From Macrostomum lignano (Eukaryota), in contig NIVC01003372.1 in assembly GCA_002269645.1 (NCBI GenBank), positions 37,308 through 101,307 of the forward strand: DNA of 64,000 nucleotides, read 5' to 3'. This document shows positions 1 through 12,504 of the stretch, piece by piece. The notes beneath the pieces were generated by a model. It saw only the letters and a program-made list of their open reading frames with translations. It had not been told where the DNA came from and made no database searches. Within the stretch, counting starts at the first letter, position 1, and each line of letters begins with the position of its first letter. The translations under genes were made by a program, and so were the position numbers.

Positions 1-480
1 GATTGGGGAATCATGAGGAGAATTCAGATTGGGGAATTATGAGAGAGAAATTATGAGAGAGAATCCAGTTTCGGAAATTATGGAAAAGAATTCAGATTGG
101 GGAATCATGAGGAGAATTCAGATTGGGGAATCATGAGGAGAATTCAGATTGGGGAATCATGAGGAGAATTCAGATTGGGGAATTATGAGAGAGAAATTAT
201 GAGAGAGAATCCAGTTTCGGAAATTATGGAAAAGAATTCAGATTGGGGAATCATGAGGAGAATTCAGATTGGGGAATCATGAGGAGAATTCAGATTGGGG
301 AATCATGAGGAGAATTCAGATTGGGGAATTATGAGAGAGAATCCAGTTTCGGAAATTATGGAAAAGAATTCAGATTGGGGAATCATGAGGAGAATTAAGA
401 TTGGGGAATAATGGGGAAGAATCTAGATTGGGGACTTATGGAAGAGAATTTCGACTAGATTAGGGATTAGGGAGAATTCA
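1..480. repeat. Minisatellite, ~26-bp unit (gattggggaatcatgaggagaattca), probably intronic in the HTATSF1-like gene
   Basis: Tandem copies are directly visible from base 1 and degenerate towards ~480. Confidence 0.95.
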
Positions 481-542
481 GATTAGGAAAATCCAGACTC
501 GCTCCAACAGGTCGCATTACCGGCCCGCTACCAAACCCGCAG

Positions 543-1334
543 GTGAAAGAGCAGCAAACCCGCCTGTTGGCCTGGGCGCCCGCCGATTCCGCCGCCTCAG
601 CAGACGGCGGCCTTGGCGTCAGCGCCGGCGCGAACGCCGCCCGACGCTCCGACCGGGTTTTGGTGATTTCCAACGTGTTTGACCCGTCCGAATTCGACTC
701 GGATCCGCTGCTGTTGGAGAAAATCCGCGACGATGTTGTGACCCGCTGCGCCCAGTACGGCCCGGTGCGCAAGGCCGTGGTGCACGATCGCAACCCCGAC
801 GGCGTCGTGCTGGTCACCTTCGCCGAGTCCGGCCAGTGCAGCCTGGCTCTCAGCCAGCTCGATGGTCGGATGTTCCGCGCCGGCCGGGTGCTCAAAGCCG
901 CCATCTGGGACGGCCGGACCAAGTACCACGTGGAGGAGACGGAGGAGCAGGCTGCCAGGCGACGGGCCATCTGGGAGCGGCAGATTCTTGGCGAAGATTG
1001 TCGACAGATTGGCCTCCCGACTACTGAGAGGCCGCTTGAAGGTCAGCCTGAAGGTCATCCTGGAGGTCAGCCTGAAGGTCATCCTAAAGGGCAACCTGAA
1101 GGTCATCCTGAAGGTCATCCTAAAGGGCAACCTGAAGGTCATCCTGAAGGTCATCCTAAAGGGCAACCTGAAGGTCATCCTGAAGGTCATCCTGAAGGTC
1201 ATCCTAAAGGGCAACCTGAAGCTCATCCTGGAGGCCATCCTGGAGGTCAACCTGAAGGTCAACCTGAAGTCGAAGCTGAATCAACCACAGACGAAGAAGA
1301 GCCAATAGCTTCGTCGTCAGATGACGATAATTAA
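543..1334 (+). CDS. HTATSF1: HIV Tat-specific factor 1 / Cus2 homologue, 3' coding exon (second RRM/UHM domain, repeat region and acidic tail); 5' exons lie upstream of the window
   Basis: RVLVISNVFDPSEFDSDPLLLEKIRDDV...HDRNPDGVVLVTF...LDGRMF...AIWDGRTKYHVEETEEQAARRRAIW matches the Tat-SF1 RRM2 as I know it (NMFHP.DF..DP..L.EIREDL...FDRHPDG...LDGRWF...WDG.T.Y.VEET). Candidate AG acceptors at 509-510 and 541-542; stop TAA at 1332-1334. Confidence 0.9.
   Translation: MKEQQTRLLAWAPADSAASADGGLGVSAGANAARRSDRVLVISNVFDPSEFDSDPLLLEKIRDDVVTRCAQYGPVRKAVVHDRNPDGVVLVTFAESGQCSLALSQLDGRMFRAGRVLKAAIWDGRTKYHVEETEEQAARRRAIWERQILGEDCRQIGLPTTERPLEGQPEGHPGGQPEGHPKGQPEGHPEGHPKGQPEGHPEGHPKGQPEGHPEGHPEGHPKGQPEAHPGGHPGGQPEGQPEVEAESTTDEEEPIASSSDDDN
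1038..1266 (+). repeat. Coding 12-bp tandem repeat encoding (E/K/G)G(Q/H)P tetrapeptides in the HTATSF1 tail
   Basis: gaaggtca(g/t)cct and aaagggcaacct units, in frame. Confidence 0.9.
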
Positions 1335-2149
1335 AATGCAAACAAAAATATGTATTATATGACTTATAAACACTACTTGAATGAAAAGTAGTAGCAGTAG
1401 TAAATATGAGTGCATTTTTTGCTATAATTTTTTTCATTTATTCCGCATGTGTTCAAAAACTAATGCTTTATTCTATATTAATTTGTAAGCAATTCTATTT
1501 CTTATCTGTTGTCTGTAAAATATATGAAATTCAATATGGAATGCACAGACCAGTGGTGTGTGCCATCATGTGTGTGTGTGTTAATTAAATCTTTGACTTT
1601 ATCGAATCTTTGTTATTTTATTTCGATTTAGGTTCAATGATGAAGTTTCAGAGAATCTGATTCGCCCACTTGCACAAGCTCAAAGTAACAGTCGGAAAAA
1701 TTACTCAATCGATGTTTTGGGAGTCTGGACTGTTGTTGACCAAGAGATGAAGGGCTGAGATGAGCAGGATTGCGCAATCAGGGCTGAATCAACAGTCAGA
1801 ATGGAAGGCTTCCGGGGGTTGGTCAGGGCTCTGTGTAAACACGGCCCCGGACTGTTAAGAGGGCTCCTCTTCAATTATTTCATTTTACTGTTTATTAACT
1901 CCTTCAAAGTAATCCGGGAATTGGCGATGCCTGAGGGCTCCGCTGGGGTTTGAGAAGGAATTTGGGAAATCAGTGTGCAAGAGAATGTCGCAGGCGGGCT
2001 GTTGAGATTAATGGCTGAGATTGACTGGGATGGATTGAATCGGGTTGCCTGTTAGACGTGTGAAGTCTAGAGACAGTTGAAATTCGTGAATAAATATATT
2101 CATAGTTCCTGCCTGTAGGACTCTGAATGGGTTCTAAGGGCATGTATAG

Positions 2150-2865
2150 CAGTGTACACTGTTAGACACTGAAAGGGATCTACCTGTGCCTGTTAGACAC
2201 TGTCAATGGGATCTACCTGTGCCTGTTAGACACTGTCAATGGGATCTACCTGTACCTGTTAGACATTGAAAGGGATCTACCTGTACCTGTTAGACACTGA
2301 AAGGGATCTACCTGTGCCTGTTAGACACTGAAAAGGATCTACCTGTGCCTGTTAGACACTGAAAAGGATCTACCTGTGCCTGTTAGACACTGAAAGGGAT
2401 CTACCTGTGCCTGTTAGACACTGTAGATTAGATCTACCTATGCCTGTTAGACACTGAAAGGGATCTACCTGTGCCTGTTAGACACTGTAAATAAGATCTA
2501 CCTGTGCCTGTTAGACACTGAAAGGGATCTACCTGTGCCTGTTAGACACTGAAAGGGATCTACCTGTGCCTGTTAGACACTGTAGATTAGATCTACCTAT
2601 GCCTGTTAGACACTGTAATTAGATCTACCTGTGCCTGTTAGACACTGTAAATAAGATCTACCTGTGCCTGTTAGACACTGAAAGGGATCTACCTGTGCCT
2701 GTTAGACACTGAAAGGGATCTACCTGTGCCTGTTAGACACTGAAAATAAGATCTACCTGTGCCTGTTAGACACTGAAAGGTATCTACCTGTGCCTGTTAG
2801 ACACTAAATAAGATCTACCTGTTAGACACTAAATGGGTTCTGCATGTACCTGTTAGACACAATTA
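2150..2865. repeat. Minisatellite, ~31-32-bp unit (cctgttagacactgaaagggatctacctgtg)
   Basis: About 22 visible tandem copies. Confidence 0.95.
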
Positions 2866-3617
2866 AGCCTAAGTGTCCCTGTTAGCACAATGACGCAAAT
2901 CGCTGAAAAAGTGGTTGACAAAGACATTTATTTCGGCTGCTCTTTCACCATTAAGCGCCACCCACCAAGCAGTGAAAACAAAGAGTTACCCAGAGAAGAT
3001 TTCTCGTGTCCGCAAACAAAGCCAAAATGAAAAGCAACTTTCGCAACAGGCGCAGTCTCACGAGAGATGGGAGCAAGAAGTTGCGGGGATTGGGAATTGC
3101 GATAAAAATTCTGGAATTCTCGGGTCTACAGATGTGTGTGCCGAGGCTGATAACCGCTTCCATCACTGTAGCCTTCCCCACTTCCCACCCGCTGAGCAGC
3201 TGAAGGTCGAACTTATCCGAGACACTTCGAGTTTCCCCGCTCGCTTCCGTATTGTATTGTCAATCATCAGGTTAATCGCTGATAATGTAAGGGAAGAATT
3301 CTTTTTGGTGCCAAACAAACTTGGAAAACGAAATTGTAACTATAGACAGTTATATATGCATAGTGGGATCTGTTTAACTGACTGGGAAGTGTGTTTAGGC
3401 ATCCCGCTGAGTGTCTGTGTCGGGGCTTATCTCCCTATTCTTCAAGGCCAACCCGGCCCTGGCAGTCGGTCATGCAGCACCTCGGAACTTTTAACAAGGT
3501 TAATAAGTAGCTGAAACTTAAGATAAGAAGTTTTTCATGTTGCATTTTGTGCCGCATCATCTTAGTTTACTTCGGTGGTAATTATGGAGTTTGAATAGAT
3601 AAAATATCATTGCAGAG

Positions 3618-4000
3618 GCGTCCCTTGGTGCTGGCGCCCCTTGGTGCTGGCGTCCCTTGGTGCTGGCGCCCCTTGGTGCTTGGCGCCCCTTGGTACTTGG
3701 CGCCCCTTGGTGCTTGGCGAAGTTGGGGCCATTTGGTGCTGGCGCCCCTTGGTGCTGGCGCCCCTTGGTGCTTGGCGCCCCTTGGTACTTGGCGCCCCTT
3801 GGTGCTTGGCGAAGTTGGGGCCATTTGGTGCTGGCGCCCCTTGGTGCTGGCGCCCCTTGGTGCTGGCGCCCCTTGGTGCTGGCGCCCCTTGGTGCTGGCG
3901 CCCCTTGGTGCTGGCGCCCCTTGGTGCTGGCGCCCCTTGGTGCTGGCGCCCCTTGGTGCTGGCGCCCCTTGGTGCTGGCGCCCCTTGGTGCTGGCGCCCC
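3618..4000. repeat. GC-rich minisatellite, 16-bp unit (ggcgccccttggtgct)
   Basis: Tandem copies; explains the five overlapping repetitive ORFs at 3582-4093. Confidence 0.95.
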
Positions 4001-4217
4001 TCAAAAGTGGAAATGTTCCTCTTGAATGAAACAGAGCCATATAAAAATAGACACAAAATTAATGCTGTTGCCTGTTACCATGCAATTTTATAAACCTTTC
4101 CTAATAACCCCTGCAGTCAAAACAACATTTTGACTCCATATACTGCAATAAGCGCCCCAGTACACTGCACATTTACCCAGCCTGCAGCTCAATCAAAAAG
4201 CAACCCCCCAAGCCCTC

Positions 4218-4475
4218 CTACATGACAGCAACAAAATTTCTAAGATCGGCTCTGCAGCTATCTGTGAATCGGAATAAATTGATGACTAGCAGCTGGTGAC
4301 GCTTGTCCAGGGTTTCTACTGGCGATTTTTTTAGTAGTCCATGCGCGAACGATGGCACATGGAGCACGAACTGCTGCTCTGTGTATTTTCTACTTGCTTT
4401 TTCCGGCTGCTGCTTGGCGGCGTCCTTGTTGGCATCGGCGGCCTTCTTGTCGGCGGCGGCTTTCTTGGCAGGCAT
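4218..4475 (-). CDS. Possible first coding exon of an unidentified minus-strand gene (MPAKKAAADKKAADANKDAAKQQPEK...); exon end uncertain
   Basis: On the minus strand, cctaatctcaacag|acaaacATG gives a branch-like CTAAT, an AG acceptor (4483-4482) and an A-rich context just before the ATG. The N-terminus is K/A-rich and GC-rich. No family recognised. Confidence 0.35.
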   Translation of the reverse strand: MPAKKAAADKKAADANKDAAKQQPEKASRKYTEQQFVLHVPSFAHGLLKKSPVETLDKRHQLLVINLFRFTDSCRADLRNFVAVM

Positions 4476-4574
4476 GTTTGTCTGTTGAGATTAGGAAGCT
4501 GATGCTACCTTTATTTTTTAGGACTTTGAAAGTCTCACCTGCTCCCTTCATGAAATCTGTCGCCTCCTCAGAAG

Positions 4575-4792
4575 TAATGGCGCCCCCTCAGACACAAATG
4601 GCGCCTCCTCAGATGTAAATGGCGCCTCCTCAGATGTAAATGGCGCCTCCTCAGATGTAAATGGCGCCTCCTCAGATGAAATGGCGCCTCCACAGATGAA
4701 ATGGCGCCTCCACAGATGAAATGGCGCCTCCACAGATGAAATGGCGCCTCCACAGATGAAATGGCGCCTCCACAGATGAAATTGCGCCTCCA
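4575..4792. repeat. Minisatellite, 20-21-bp unit (atggcgcctcc(t/a)cagatg(t)aa)
   Basis: About 10 tandem copies. Confidence 0.9.
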
Positions 4793-5159
4793 TCAGAAAG
4801 AAAAAAGTAATGCTAACTGAGGTCCAACTGCTTGATTTGATAAAGTTTTTCACACTTTTCAATTTCAATCTACTGTCAATATATTTTATTTAATCCTTTC
4901 TTCAATTCCGGACTGAGACTCCCCGCTGCTGCAGGTGCGGAGTGCAGGAGCTGTGTGGATTTCCTTGTTGTCAAGGCCGGTCTCTGGCTTCCTAAATCAT
5001 AGCGACAAGATTCTAACAATCTTTGTCTGTCTGTCAAATTGCAGTTTTTTTGCGTTCGTTTCGAACCCTGCTGAGGGCATGACGTGCTGTTTACATTGCT
5101 TCCTAGGGTTTTCGGACGGGATCGCTCAGCATGGGTTCTCCTGCTAGTTATAAAATAGG

Positions 5160-5858
5160 TGGGTAGATAGAAGAGTGAGAGGAGAGTTGATAGGATGGTA
5201 GATAGGAGGGTAGATAGGAGGGTAGATAAGAGAGTAGATAGGAGGGTAGATAGGAGAGTAGATAAGAGGGTAGATAGGAAAGTAGATAAGAGGGTAGATA
5301 GCGAAGTAGATAGGGAAGTAGACAGGAGAGTACATAGGAGAGTAGATAGGACGGGTAAAATAGGACAGGTAAGATAAGACAGGTAAGATTGGACAGGTAA
5401 GATAGGACAGGTAAAATAGGACAGGTAAAATAGGACAGGTAAAATAGGACAGGTAAAATAGGACAGGTAAAATAGGACAGGTAAAATAGGACAGGTAAAA
5501 TAGGACAGGTAAGATTGGACAGGGAAGATAGGACAGGTAAAATAGGACAGGTAAAATAGGACAGGTAAGATTGGACAGGGAAGATAGGACAGGTAAAATA
5601 GGACAGGTAAAATAGGACAGGTAAAATAGGACAGGTAAAATAGGACAGGTAAGATAGGACAGGTAAGATAAGACAGGTAAGATTTGACAGGGAAGATAGG
5701 ACAGGTAAAATAGGACAGGTAAGATTGGACAGGGAAGATAGGACAGGTAAAATAGGACAGGTAAGATAGGACAGGTAAGATTGGACAGGTAAGATAGGAC
5801 AGGTAAGATTGGACAGGTAAGATAGGACAGGTAAGATTGGACAGGTAAGATAGGACAA
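5160..5858. repeat. Compound minisatellite: 12-bp gatagga(g)ggta-type units followed by 15-bp ggacaggtaa(a/g)ata units
   Basis: Visible tandem copies; explains the ORFs at 4876-5922. Confidence 0.95.
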
Positions 5859-6461
5859 TTATGGTGGAAAAAGACAGAAAGAAGCCAAAATAAGCAAAGC
5901 AGCATTGATATCCCAGACGCATGAATGGTTTTCGCAGATCCCTTAATCCGCGTGGGAGGGAGGAATTACGCTCACAGTTTAAATCCCGTTCGACTGCAGG
6001 ACAGAGCGCGCACTTGTCAATTCCACAGCCGAGTTTAATTGGCCTCTAAAACCAATGATGGCGGCCCTCGCGTTGCCCTAACAACTGCGGGGCCAATCTG
6101 GCAAGCATGCTATAGCTTGGCAATGCTTCTTATGCAACCACTGGCTGCAGCGCCGGTGGGCAGTGACCCCATGCTGAGCAGGAGGTCCCGGTCTGCTAAT
6201 TAGCCGCATGCTTCAGGCTGCCTGCAAGCTGGAATGCTTCATCCAGCGTTTCCACGTGCCAGTTGCAGTCCAGCTAGGATGCAGCATGTGGGATCAAGCG
6301 GGAAGCACGCGGGGGAACTTATTACGTGAGCAGTGTAAGTTTGGAACTGCGCTTAATATGCTGCCACCGCTCTATATAGTGGCCCAGGGACCTCCATGAA
6401 GACTTGGACTGGAACCAAACATTACGGAACTAATGTGGCCTGGATTCTCGAGAATTCTCGT

Positions 6462-6786
6462 CCCTCATCTGCTGTATCCACCTCATCTGCAATGTCCACC
6501 TCATCTGCAATGTCCACCTCATCTGCAATGTCCACCTCATCTGCAATGTCCACCTCATCTGCAATGTCCACCTCATCTGCTATATCCACCTCATCTGCAA
6601 TGTCCACCACATCTATGTCCACAAAATCTAAAATGTCCACCTCATCTGCAGTGTCCACTGCATCCACCTCATCTACAATGTCCACCTCATCTGCAGTGTC
6701 CACTGCATCCACCTCATCTACAATGTCCACCTCATCTACAATGTCCACCTCATCTACAATGTCCACCTCATCTACTATGTCCACCA
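6462..6786. repeat. Minisatellite, 18-bp unit (tccacctcatctgcaatg)
   Basis: About 17 copies; open in several frames (STSSAM, DEVDIA, PPHLQC). Confidence 0.9.
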
Positions 6787-7214
6787 AGCCTTGAAAAGAG
6801 TTGTTTCTTAGAATCGAAACGTCTGATCTAAAGGTCTAAAATTAATCGAAAAGTTCATTTTCATTATCTTGGATTTCCAGCCTCCAGTCCAAGGTATGTA
6901 AAGGTCCTTGGTCAACAGCCATGCGACCCACTTAGCATAGTAATTTAGTTATATAGCTTTCTTTTGAAGAATTTTTAAAGTTAGTTAGGAAAGAGCGTAG
7001 CTCTAAAGCAATACAATGTTAATTGAAGGTGACACCAGATGTAAACAGTCTATGTGGTTTGCGAGTGCTGCGCCCCATAATGTTGATTATCCTGCTATGG
7101 GATCTGCCTGAAATATTGATATTGGTTCTGGGGAACATTAGAGTAATGTGCGCACGCGTTTCGAGCGTCCTCGACCCACTTTTTAAGTTGTGATTCTCGA
7201 TAAAAGCTGTGATT

Positions 7215-9140
7215 CCTGACCCATTTTTAGAACTGAGATTCCTGACCCATTTCTAAATTTGGGATTTTTGACCCATTTCAAAATTTCGGATTCTTGACCC
7301 CTTTCTAAATTTGGGATTCTTGACCCATTTCAAAATTTCGGATTCTTGACCTATTTTTAAATTTGGGATTCTTGGCCAATTTTAAATTTGGGGTTCTGGA
7401 CCTATTTCTACTTCTAAGTATTTTTGACCCATGTCTAATTCTTGGGATTCTTGACCCATTTCTAAATTTGGGATTCTTGACCTATTTCTAAACTTAGGAT
7501 TCCTGATTTCCTGACCCATTTCTGAATTTTGGATTTTTGACCCTTTAAATTTGGGATTCTTGACCCATTTCAAAATTTGGGATTCTTGACCTATTTCTAA
7601 TTATTGGGCTTCTTGACCCATTTCTAATTATTGGGATTCTTGACCCATTTCTAAATTTGGGATTCTTGACCCATTTTAAAATTTGGGATTCTTGACCCAT
7701 TTTAAAATTTGGGATTCTTGACCCATTTTAAAATTTGGGATTCTTGACCCATTTTAAAATTTGGGATTCTTGACCCATTTTAAAATTTGGGATTCTTGAC
7801 CCATTTTAAAATTTGGGATTCTTGACCTATTTCTAATTATTGGGCTTCTTGACCCATTTCTAATTATTGGGATTCTTGACCCATTTCTAAATTTGGGATT
7901 CTTGACCCATTTTAAAATTTGGGATTCTTGACCTATTTCTAATTATTGGGCTTCTTGACCCATTTCTAAAAATCGGATTCTTGACCCATTTTTAAATTTG
8001 GGATTCTTGGCCCATTTATAATTCTTGGAATTCCTGACCCATTTCTAAACTTGGGATTCTGAACCTATTTCTACTTCTAGGTATTCTTGACCTATGTCTA
8101 TTTCTTGGGATTCTTGACCCATTTCTTAATTTAGGGTTCTTGACCCATTTCAAAATTTGGGATTCTTGAACCATTTTAAAATTTGGGATTCTTGACCCAT
8201 TTTAAAATTTGGGATTCTTGACCCATTTTAAAATTTGGGATTCTTGACCTATTTCTAATAATTGGGCTTCTTGACCCATTTCTAAAAATCGGATTCTTGA
8301 CCCATTTTTAAATTTGGGATTCTTGGCCCATTTATAATTCTTGGAATTCCTGACCCATTTCTAAACTTGGGATTCTGAACCTATTTCTACTTCTAGGTAT
8401 TCTTGACCTATGTCTATTTCTTGGGATTCTTGACCCATTTCTTAATTTAGGGTTCTTGACCCATTTCAAAATTTGGGATTCTTGAACCATTTTAAAATTT
8501 GGGATTCTTGACCCATTTTAAAATTTGGGATTCTTGACCCATTTTAAAATTTGGGATTCTTGACCTATTTCTAATTATTGGGCTTCTTGACCCATTTCTA
8601 ATTATTGGGATTCTTGACCCATTTCTAAATTTGGGATTCTTGACCCATTTTAAAATTTGGGATTCTTGACCTATTTCTAATTATTGGGCTTCTTGACCCA
8701 TTTCTAAAAATCGGATTCTTGACCCATTTTTAAATTTGGGATTCTTGGCCCATTTATAATTCTTGGAATTCCTGACCCATTTCTAAACTTGGGATTCTGA
8801 ACCTATTTCTACTTCTAGGTATTCTTGACCTATGTCTATTTCTTGGGATTCTTGACCCATTTCTTAATTTAGGGTTCTTGACCCATTTCAAAATTTTGGA
8901 TTCTTGAACCATTTCTAAATTTGGGATTCTTGACCCATTTCTAATTATTGGGATTCTTGGCCCATTTCTAATTATTGGGATTCTTGACCCATTTCTAATT
9001 ATTGGGATTCTTGACCCATTTCTAATTATTGGGATTCTTGGCCCATTTCAAAATTTGGGATTTTAAACCCATTTTTAAATGTGGGATTCAGGACCCATTT
9101 ATAAATCAAGGATTATAGACCCATTTTGAAACTTAGGATT
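7215..9140. repeat. AT-rich minisatellite, ~27-bp unit (ttgggattcttgacccatttctaaat), with higher-order blocks
   Basis: About 70 copies; a diagnostic variant (aatcggattc) recurs at 7971, 8287 and 8709. Confidence 0.95.
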
Positions 9141-9812
9141 TGGTACATGATTTGAGCGACTTGTAGAGGCAGAGGTAGAACCTCCACCCCCCTCCCCGGC
9201 AATTATCCCTCAGTCTACAACCCCCCCCCGAGTAATCTCTCTAAGATTCACAAACAAAAGGCATTAACAGATTGAAGTTCCGCAGTTGTCTCTGGACTCT
9301 TAGGAATGCTTTCGGCCCATCCTATAAACTATCTGAAAAGACATGCAGTTTCTGCGGCCAGAAACCAACCAACGACTGACAGGAAATTTTAATGGGTTTC
9401 CCTGAAATTGGAAATTTTCAACAACGAAAATGAGAATTTCTCGTTACGTTGGTTTGCTTGCGAATGAAATTTTTCGATAATTTTCGGAAGGCTACCCCCG
9501 GCGGCTCGGGGCACCTGCCCTCGCTGTCCGAGTTTCCGTTGGCCGGGGGGGGATGGGGCACTCCGCTCTGGAATGTCCGGCCCTGTCCGGCCGGGGTTTC
9601 GAAAATCCCAGCGTGCGCCTCAAGAATGCGGCGTCGAATACCTTCGTGGGAGTATCCGGGTAGAGGGGGTGCAGTCAGGAATGGGTGACGCGGGATGAGT
9701 GACGTCCGCGGGAAATCACTACCGAGATTGGAGGGAGGACCAAGCCTCCCTATCGTCCCTATAGAGCTGAAAAATTACTTCGTGAAAATTTTGCCCCAAA
9801 ATTGCGTCGGGT

Positions 9813-10127
9813 AGAACTTAAATTAGTGTCAGGTAGAACATAAATTAGTGTCAGGTAGAACATAAATTAGTGTCAGGTAGAACATAAATTAGTGTCAGGT
9901 AGAACATAAATTAGTGTCAGGTAGAACTTAAATTAGTGTCAGGTGGAACATAAATTAGTGTCAGGTAGAACATAAATTAGTGTCAGGTAAAACATAAATT
10001 AGTGTCAGGTGGAACATAAACTAGTGTCACGTAAAACTAATTAAGTGTCAGGTAGAATAGAACTTAAATTAGTGTCAGGTAGAACTTAAATTAGTGTCAG
10101 GTAGAACTTAAATTAGTGTCAGGTAGA
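9813..10127. repeat. Minisatellite, 22-bp unit (aggtagaacataaattagtgtc)
   Basis: About 13 copies. Confidence 0.95.
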
Positions 10128-10689
10128 GTTGCCCTTGGACAAACCTAGGCTACGTTGTTTACTGAAGTCTGATAGAGGTGAGAAATGTGTTTAAAAGTTT
10201 TTTGCAAGCAACAGAAAGTTCGACATTGGAATTTCGGGAAAAAACACTGCGTTAGAATTTCGGAGTTAGAGGTGGTAGTTCTTGGGAAGCTTGCTTGAAT
10301 CTGCTTCACACACCCCTCCTCTAGCTTCATTTGCTGCAATGGCGCGAAAAAAAGTTTTGCATTGCTTCTTTTCTCTCTCCTTCACCGGTGTTTGTTCCCT
10401 GTGAACAGCCGGTTCGACCTGTGTACGAGTACGAGTATAAGACGTTTTAGGCAGTAGCCATGGAGATTCAAAACTAGAATTCGGTCGCGACTCGCGATAT
10501 ATTTAGTCTACGCCAAATTGACTGCGGAACCTCTAACTCTTAACGTAACTGTAACCAAAAACCTAAAACCCTAAACTCTAACACCAACCAAAAACCTTAC
10601 ACCGATTCCTAAACCATAAACCAGAGGTCGGAAAACTTTTTACACCCAGGGCCAGATAAAGCATTCAGCTAATGGATGCGTAGAAATGG

Positions 10690-11665
10690 GAGGGAATAGA
10701 ATATTAGAGATGAGAGAGGAGAGGCGAGAGACGGGATGAGATAAAAGATAAGATAGAAGATAAGATGAGAGAGGGGAGATTGAAGAGGGGATAGGGGAGA
10801 GAGAAGAGAAGAGAGAGAAGTGGGGAGAGACAAGAGGGGAAAGAGAAGAGGAGAGAGAGAAGAGAGGAGAGAGAAGAGGGAAGAGAGAAGAGAGGAGAGA
10901 GAAGTGGGGAGAGACAAGAGGGGAAAGAGAAGAGGAGAGAGAGAAGAGAGGAGAGAGAAGAGGGAAGAGAGAAGAGAGGAGAGAGAAGAGGGGAGAGAGA
11001 AGAGAGGAGAGAGAAGAGAGGAGAGAGAAGAGAGGAGAGAGAAGAGAGGAGAGAGAAGAGAGGAGAGAGAAGAGAGGAGAGAGAAGAGAAAAGAGAGAAG
11101 AGAGGAGAGAGAAGAGAGGAGAGAGAAGAGAGGAGAGAGAAGAGAGGAGAGAGAAGAGAGGAGAGAGAAGAGAGGAGAGAGAAGAGGGGAGAGAGAAGAG
11201 AGGAGAGAGAAGAGAGGAGAGAGAAGAGAGGAGAGAGAAGAGAGGAGAGAGAAGAGAGGAGAGAGAAGAGGGGAGAGACGAGGGAAGAGAGAAGTGGGGA
11301 GAGAGAAGAGAGGAGAGAGAAGAGAGGAGAGAGAAGAGGGGGAGAGAAGAGGGGAGAGAGAAGAGGGAAGAGAGAAGAGGGAAGAGAGAAGTGGGGAGAG
11401 AGAAGAGAGGAGAGAGAAGAGAGGAGAGAGAAGAGAGGAGAGAGAAGAGAGGAGAGAGAAGAGAGGAGAGAGAAGAGAGGAGAGAGAAGAGAGGAGAGAG
11501 AAGAGAGGAGAGAGAAGAGAAGAGAGAAGAGAGGAGAGAGAGAGGGGAGAGAGAAGAGAAAAGAGAGAAGAGAGGAGAGAGAAGAGGGGAGAGAGAAGAG
11601 AGGAGAGAGAAGAGGGGAGAGAGGAGGGAAGAGAGAGAAGAGTGGGAAGACGAGACAGGAGAGAA
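10690..11665. repeat. Polypurine (GA-rich) simple repeat, ~14-bp unit gagagaagagagga
   Basis: About 1 kb of nearly pure purines on the + strand. Confidence 0.95.
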
Positions 11666-12504
11666 GAGCAAGAGAGCTAAGAAGAGACGTGAGTCATAGG
11701 CCTTGAGCGAGGCAGGGTGCTATTGTGAAGTTTCAAAAAACCCCGCGGCCCGGATCGAGTTTGCCGACGCCTGCCCTAAACCTACAAGTACAATCCTAAA
11801 CCTATGGAGACGAACTGGCTCGAGATAATCCTTTAAAAAATAAACTTGCTTAAATTTAAAATTAAACTAATATTAAACTACAAACCGAATCTATGTACCA
11901 GTCATTGATTTCAAATGTACTTTATATAGCTCTATGATTATTAATATTATTATTATTATTATATTATTAATAAAGTGTGATTATTTGGTGGTAGAGCCAC
12001 AGGCAGGGGACCCATATAGCAGTGGGACAGTCAGTGGGACAGGATCCCGGATGCCCCGCCCAACAGCTGACATCGAAGGGTTTTGCGAGGCCGGGCAGCA
12101 GCAGCTGTCACCGAAGGAGGCCTGGCACTGCAATCAGAGGCGGGGGTCATACATAAGCTGCTTTGCCTTCAATTCAACGGAGACACCAACTGGCGCTCCG
12201 TCTCTCTTAAGTCCCGTCTTTTTTTCTGGTCTCGGGTTGCTTGGGTCTCTGCTTCTTTTGCATCCCGCAATTTTTCGTGTTACCCCAAGGTTCGGCTCCC
12301 GCCCGCCCCCGGAGGTTCGATCTCGGAGTTTTTAGTGCTTCTTTTTTGCTGTTTTTCCTCTTGTCTGACACCGACTGGAGACACTGCGGGACTGGACTGT
12401 GCGGCGGGAGATTCGGGAATATGGGAAGTGGGCGGAGCCGCTGTTGCTGCTTTTGACTGACTGTTAACAGGGCTGTGTTCTTGATTCTACGTTTGAGACT
12501 CTCA

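Noticed and set aside
6396-6794. STSSAM-repeat ORF as a mucin or antifreeze-like gene
   Set aside because: The 18-bp unit is open in three frames, and there is no signal peptide or splice support.
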